Assembly (NCBI GenBank): GCA_050287845.1
Contig: JBNKCR010000062.1
Span: 1 to 21,288, forward strand
Reading direction: 5' to 3'
Length of the DNA stretch: 21,288 bases
From: Polyangia bacterium
GTDB lineage: Bacteria; Myxococcota_A; Polyangia; JAAYKL01
Shown here: in pieces, positions 16,739-21,288 of the stretch
How positions within the stretch are numbered: the stretch's first letter is position 1
Layout: each line of letters starts with the position of its first letter
Notes under the pieces: generated by a model
Databases searched by the model: none
What the model saw: the letters and a program-made list of their open reading frames with translations, nothing else
What the model was told of the DNA's origin: nothing
Program-made: the position numbers and the translations under genes

Positions 16739-17612
16739 ACTTGTATCTGAATTTATTCCACCAGTGTTTTTCAGAATCAAACGAAGCGTGTGGAAAAAAA
16801 GACCGACTCCCCAACCCAACTTTCTGGAATATTCAAAAAAAAATGTGACGTTTCTTCAACGTCATAAAGGGGAGCGCGTATTTATCCTTGCCAGTGGCCC
16901 TTCAATTCGAACTCACAATCTATCGGCCCTGAAAGATGAACTTTGCATTGCAGTTTCTCATTTTCATCTTCATGATGACATACAAGTCATTCAACCTCAG
17001 TATCATATACTCGCGCCCCAACATGCACCTTTCACTTCCAGAGATATTGTCCGATTGTTCAGGGACTTTAAAACTTCATACAAAGCAGAGCGAACTCAAA
17101 TTTTTTTGGGATTGAACCACTACAAGTACAACTATCTGAACGTGCTTGAGCAATTTCCAGAATATAATGACCGAGAGTATCACTATATAGACTACTCGAG
17201 GACGATACATTTAACCGAAGATAATGTAAAACGTGAAGAAACATGGGACATTTGTGGTCACCCATTTAGCATGAGAACCGTCATTTATGGGGCGATTCAG
17301 CTGGCGGTTTACATGGGATGCAGGGAAATTATTCTTCTCGGTTGCGACCATGATTATCTGTACGACGTAAAACGGGTAACCAACCATCACTTTTACGCGG
17401 AAGAAAAGGGAATATCAGACAAAGAACACCTTTTACAATTCAGCAGTGAAAAATGGTTTTATGAATACTATATGCGTTGGATGCAGTATCGACTGATGAG
17501 AGACCATCTGGCAACCAGAGGAGTGGGTATCATTAACAGCACAAACGGCGGCATGCTCGACGTTTTCAAAAGAGTACCCTTTGAAGAAGTACTGAAAGGA
17601 AACGGCGAGTAA
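16725..17612 (+). CDS. DUF115/MptE-like (Maf/sialyltransferase-fold) protein, candidate nonulosonate transferase
   Basis: HKGERVFILASGPSI, AIQLAVYMGCREIILLGCDHDY, HFY and IINSTNGGMLDVFKRV; overlaps the end of neuB. Confidence 0.75.
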   Translation: MKTSELVSEFIPPVFFRIKRSVWKKRPTPQPNFLEYSKKNVTFLQRHKGERVFILASGPSIRTHNLSALKDELCIAVSHFHLHDDIQVIQPQYHILAPQHAPFTSRDIVRLFRDFKTSYKAERTQIFLGLNHYKYNYLNVLEQFPEYNDREYHYIDYSRTIHLTEDNVKREETWDICGHPFSMRTVIYGAIQLAVYMGCREIILLGCDHDYLYDVKRVTNHHFYAEEKGISDKEHLLQFSSEKWFYEYYMRWMQYRLMRDHLATRGVGIINSTNGGMLDVFKRVPFEEVLKGNGE

Positions 17613-18295
17613 TGTTAAAAAATCAACTGAATAAACTTATAAAACACGTTGTATATCAGGCAATTCCAGTAATAAAAAAAATTAATGAGGGCAATTATTA
17701 TTGGGAATTGAATCGATGCGTGAAGAACAAAACAACAACCGCGGATCCGGTAAAGCTCTACCGACCATACCACATCACTTCTTCAAAAATCGGGCAGCAC
17801 ACTTATATTGCGCAAAACTCGTGGATAACAAATACTTCTATTGGAAAATTCTGTTCGATTGGCCCCAATCTGATTTGTGGATGGGGGATGCATCCAACCA
17901 ACGGAATCAGCACGCACCCCATGTTCTATTCAACATTGAAACAGAGTGGGATGACTTTATCAGAAAGCGACAAATTTGAAGAGCTTGCTCCGATACATAT
18001 CGGCAATGACGTGTTTATCGGTGCAAATGCTGTCATTCTGAATGGAATTACAATTGGTGATGGAGCTATCATCGGCGCTGGCGCTGTTGTAAGTAAGGAT
18101 ATTCCCCCATATGCAATCGCTGCAGGTGTGCCGATAAAAATTCTTCGATACAGATTTGATGCACACCAGATATCGAGACTTCAAGCCATACAGTGGTGGA
18201 ATTTCAATCAGGAGGATTTAAAAAAAGTTGAAAAAATGTTCTTTGACGTGAACGCGCTTATTGATGATTTTTCTCAAGAGGCGCCTTCTCCATAA
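17612..18295 (+). CDS. CatB/Vat-related hexapeptide O-acetyltransferase
   Basis: IGKFCSIG, HPTNGISTHPMF, IGNDVFIGANAVILNGITIGDGAIIGAGAVVSKDIPPYAI and RYRF..IQWW. Confidence 0.9.
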   Translation: MLKNQLNKLIKHVVYQAIPVIKKINEGNYYWELNRCVKNKTTTADPVKLYRPYHITSSKIGQHTYIAQNSWITNTSIGKFCSIGPNLICGWGMHPTNGISTHPMFYSTLKQSGMTLSESDKFEELAPIHIGNDVFIGANAVILNGITIGDGAIIGAGAVVSKDIPPYAIAAGVPIKILRYRFDAHQISRLQAIQWWNFNQEDLKKVEKMFFDVNALIDDFSQEAPSP

Positions 18296-18416
18296 CGGCG
18301 TTTGAAATCGCGTTTTTCAATTCAAACATTCAAAATACAACCTGCCTTTTGAAGCGGTGCAATAAATGCCTGGATACTTTCTTGAAGTGCGTTAAGTTTA
18401 AAACAATAAGATACAG

Positions 18417-19487
18417 GTGCGCATTATGTACGATATTCGATTCTACAAAAATACCCATTTGCTGGTACAGAAGCTGATTGACGGCAAGGCTACTTATTCC
18501 TCTGATGCCCTTTTTGAAATGTTCGAAAAGGAGCGTTTCACAAATCCTGTCGTATACAATATTGAAACCACGAACGCATGTAACATGAAGTGTCAGATGT
18601 GTCCGCGGACGCGATTGATGACCAGAAAAGTGGAGACCTTAAACGAAGATACATTTCGAAGTGTGGTTAATCAACTGCGTCCATGGACAGAAGCAGAGTG
18701 GCAGGAATGGACCGATTTTGTTGGAAACGCATATGGGGTGATGCCTGACCAGATGTCTGAAAATCATTTTTTTCTGTATATCATACCCAGGGTTATTCAA
18801 TTGCACGGATACGGCGATCCGTTGCTCGATAAACATATGCCGGAGTATGTGGGCATGCTGACGTCAAAAAATATGAATTCATATTTCAGCTGCAATCCCG
18901 CTAATATCGATGTGAAAAAAATAGAACAAATGTTTGAGAACGGCCTGGATTACATCAAGTTTTCAGTGGAAAGTGTTGATGATAAAACCCATCAGGAAAT
19001 TCGCGGCAGCGCATCAAATTTTACCGAAAGCTACCAAAATTTACTTGAGTTGCTGGCGTTAAAGAAAAAGCAAGGCTATGAAACAACCATTGTTATTACC
19101 ATGCTCGATTTGAACCAGGTTGGTCAAAAAGAAGAATACGCAAAACTGAGGCGAGCGTTTCAAAATAAAGATGTATATATCTATTTAAAGAGTGAAGACC
19201 AGCAATGGTATCGGCAGAATTATCACGGCACAGGTTCAATTCATTGGTCTGAAATCTGCAGGCACCCATGGACATCCATGTCGGTAAAGTCTAACGGAGA
19301 GGTAGCTATGTGCATGGAGGATTTCAACAATGACATTATTCTTGGAGATGCACGTGTTGATGCCCTTGCATCAATATGGAATTCTAAAGCGTATGAACAG
19401 TTCCGTATGGCGCACGCTCGGGGCGCCGCCGGTCTGAAATGCCAGGGAGAATGTGACATGGCAATACTGGGGAATTTTTATAAATGA
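18417..19487 (+). CDS. Radical SAM protein with SPASM/Twitch domain
   Basis: ETTNACNMKCQMCPR (CxxxCxxC), LHGYGDPLLD, and C-terminal CRHPW..GEVAMC..LGD..IWNS..CQGEC. The start may be GTG 18417 or ATG 18426. Confidence 0.92.
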   Translation: MRIMYDIRFYKNTHLLVQKLIDGKATYSSDALFEMFEKERFTNPVVYNIETTNACNMKCQMCPRTRLMTRKVETLNEDTFRSVVNQLRPWTEAEWQEWTDFVGNAYGVMPDQMSENHFFLYIIPRVIQLHGYGDPLLDKHMPEYVGMLTSKNMNSYFSCNPANIDVKKIEQMFENGLDYIKFSVESVDDKTHQEIRGSASNFTESYQNLLELLALKKKQGYETTIVITMLDLNQVGQKEEYAKLRRAFQNKDVYIYLKSEDQQWYRQNYHGTGSIHWSEICRHPWTSMSVKSNGEVAMCMEDFNNDIILGDARVDALASIWNSKAYEQFRMAHARGAAGLKCQGECDMAILGNFYK

Positions 19488-20305
19488 CACCGGGACAACC
19501 CAATGTCGCGGATAAAGTGATTTTTCTTTCGGGGGCGTTCGGGTTGTTCGGTCGGCGTCTGGCCACCGTGTTTCTGGATAATGGCGCGAAGGTGATACTT
19601 TGCGCTCATCGCATGGAAAAAGCGTCCTCCTGGCTTAATGATAATTCTCATAAATACGACACTGAAAAAATAGCGGTTTTGCCTCTGGATTTAACCAGCG
19701 ATAGCAGCATGGCAGATGCGGTTGAAAATTCCGTAAAAAGTTTTGGTCGAATTGATGTGTTAATCAACAACGCGGCTATCGATGCCAAATTTGATAAAGA
19801 ACATATTGGTTCTCTTGAAAACTCAGGTTTTGAAAACTATCCTATCGATTTAATCAGGCAGTCTGTTGAATGTAATATTGTTGGGACAGTTCGGCTGACC
19901 CAGCTGGTGTGCAAAATAATGAGCGCGCAACAGAGCGGCAATATTATTAACGTCGGGTCGATTTATTCGTTACTCTCCCCGAACAAATCTTTATATGAGG
20001 GGATAAATGGTCCGCAAATGAAGCCCGTGGACTATGTCATTTCAAAATCATTTATTCCCAATTTTACAAGATACATTGCCGCGAATTACGCCGGTAAGAA
20101 CATTCGCTGCAATGCCATTGCCCCCCACGGCATCTTTTATAATCACGAGGAGACATTTGTTCAAAATTTTAAATCGATGTCACCTTCACGGCGCATGTGC
20201 CGCATCGAAGAGATTGATGGGCCTTTTTTGTTTTTGGCATCAGACGCATCCAGTTACGTGAATGGCGAAGTGATGGTGTTGGATGGGGGATGGTCAGTGT
20301 GGTGA
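19484..20305 (+). CDS. SDR family NAD(P)-dependent oxidoreductase (PtmA-like sugar oxidoreductase)
   Basis: SGAFGLFG, IDVLINNAA, IINVGSIY, YVISK (YxxxK) and LDGGWSVW; ATG overlaps the radical SAM stop. Confidence 0.9.
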   Translation: MTPGQPNVADKVIFLSGAFGLFGRRLATVFLDNGAKVILCAHRMEKASSWLNDNSHKYDTEKIAVLPLDLTSDSSMADAVENSVKSFGRIDVLINNAAIDAKFDKEHIGSLENSGFENYPIDLIRQSVECNIVGTVRLTQLVCKIMSAQQSGNIINVGSIYSLLSPNKSLYEGINGPQMKPVDYVISKSFIPNFTRYIAANYAGKNIRCNAIAPHGIFYNHEETFVQNFKSMSPSRRMCRIEEIDGPFLFLASDASSYVNGEVMVLDGGWSVW

Positions 20306-20320
20306 ATGAATGTTGTAAAA

Positions 20321-20430
20321 TCACGAATATTTTTTTTTAAAGTCATCAACATTGAAAAACAGTTTTCAACTTCCGATAATTGGTCTTCGTCAAAATACCA
20401 CCATTGAATGCGATTCAGCTTTTCAATTTT
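20321..20430 (-). pseudogene. Frameshifted C-terminal relic of a second CatB-like acetyltransferase
   Basis: The minus strand reads KIEKLNRIQWWYFDEDQLSEVENCF, then after a 1-nt frameshift NVDDFKKKYS*. This aligns with QISRLQAIQWWNFNQEDLKKVEKMFFDVNAL of the 17612-18295 protein. Confidence 0.7.
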
Positions 20431-20547
20431 CACCAGTGACAATTTTCAATGTGAAAACAGCAAATAGCACTGCGGCATATTTAAAAGTTACGTAGCGAAG
20501 AGAGAGGGGAAAAGTTCTTACCGGAGATAAACCGAGAGGTCAAAAGC

Positions 20548-20841
20548 CTAGTAGCGATCTCGACCGCCGCCATACCCGCCGCGTCCACCGCCGCCACGGT
20601 TCGGGCGCGCCTGAGCTTCATTTACTTTCAGGCGTCGTCCATCAATATCTTTATCGTGAAGCGCTGAAATAGCCTGCTTTGCATCGCTGTCGGGCATTTC
20701 AACAAAGGCAAAACCGCGAGACCTACCCGTTTCGCGGTCAGTAATCACATTTACGGATTCGAGTTCACCAAATTCTCCAAAAAGAGAATGGATTCTTTCC
20801 TCATCCATGCTGAAAGGCATATTACCTACATACATTTTCAT
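20548..20841 (-). CDS. RRM (RNP-1) RNA-binding protein with Gly/Arg-rich tail
   Basis: RNP2 MYVGNM, RNP1 RGFAFVEM, DRETGRSRG and GGGRGGYGGGRDRY. The start is ATG 20841 or 20850. Confidence 0.95.
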   Translation of the reverse strand: MKMYVGNMPFSMDEERIHSLFGEFGELESVNVITDRETGRSRGFAFVEMPDSDAKQAISALHDKDIDGRRLKVNEAQARPNRGGGGRGGYGGGRDRY

Positions 20842-20982
20842 TCTATTCATCCTAGTTTTCCGGGCTTAAAAAAACAATTGCCACAAACGCCCGGAGATTT
20901 CCGTCGGCAATCACACACATTTCTCAGAACACCTGAAAAATGAGAGGTAACACTACTCGCTTTATGGTAAATAAGCACGTTT

Positions 20983-21012
20983 AAAATGCATCACCGACAA
21001 TTAAACTGTCAA
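20983..21012 (-). promoter_or_regulatory. Putative sigma70 promoter of the RRM gene
   Basis: On the minus strand: TTGACA (21012-21007), 18-bp spacer, CATTTT (20988-20983). The -10 is weak. Confidence 0.35.
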
Positions 21013-21085
21013 ATAGTTCCGAATTGACGCAGCAAACCCCAGTGTTGCCAAAAGCAGATGGCTGAAACCCCTGACGCTCGCACAA

Positions 21086-21100
21086 TGGCACACCATCTGC
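21086..21100 (+). promoter_or_regulatory. Putative sigma54 (-24/-12) promoter pointing out of the window
   Basis: TGGCAC-ACCAT-CTGC gives correct GG-N10-GC spacing, with one mismatch to TGGCAC-N5-TTGC, in a non-coding region. Confidence 0.45.
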
Positions 21101-21288
21101 GTCTTTGCTCAATTTTTCTGGATACAACAAACGGTAAGTTCGCCTTAATGAGCTATTCGAGGTGTTCTGAATCGTTGTGTTTAAGCGGTTTCTAAAAGCT
21201 GTGCAAAAAGAATTACCCCGGTATTTGTGCAGTAAAGCGACAATTTGAGGGAAAAGTGGTGAAGATACAGGAAAAATACCCCAGCTCA

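Noticed and set aside
17612..18295. Chloramphenicol or streptogramin resistance gene (catB/vat)
   Set aside because: The fold is shared, but coupling to nonulosonate genes points to sugar O-acetylation.
20254..20442. Intact 62-aa minus-strand gene
   Set aside because: It is better explained as a frameshifted acetyltransferase fragment; the called ORF runs out of frame into the SDR gene.
21025..21110. c-di-GMP-I riboswitch (GCAAACC..GAAA-like words)
   Set aside because: I could not build the two-stem GNRA/receptor architecture from the sequence; an Rfam scan would be needed to revisit this.

Overview
A 21.3-kb bacterial window, probably from a deltaproteobacterial or Myxococcota-like genome (inferred from the Asp-Thr-repeat lipoprotein, multiheme cytochrome and stand-alone RRM protein). 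It opens with a ~1-kb element: a RAYT/TnpA-REP-type HUH Y1 transposase gene with a C-terminal DnaA-IV-like HTH, bounded by perfect 27-bp inverted repeats, the left one carrying a likely leaderless promoter. Next come a DT-repeat lipoprotein, an M50 site-2 protease, an internally deleted hybrid-kinase remnant, a RibA-like GTP cyclohydrolase II, a SpoIIAA/STAS-like protein, a porin plus 13-heme lipoprotein cytochrome pair (candidate outer-membrane electron conduit) and an SGNH lipoprotein. Positions 8434-20305 form a same-strand surface-glycan tailoring and nonulosonic-acid locus: formyltransferase, PIG-L deacetylase, TagD-like, LicD-like, PseH-like GNAT, FkbH, ACP, broken methyltransferase, NeuA-KdsC fusion, short NeuB, DUF115/Maf-like transferase, CatB-like O-acetyltransferase, radical SAM/SPASM protein and SDR. 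GC content drops near 14.0 kb, and an inverted acetyltransferase relic sits at the right edge of the locus. An RRM RNA-binding protein gene closes the window. No rRNA, tRNA or CRISPR array was seen. All family calls come from motif recognition, not database searches.
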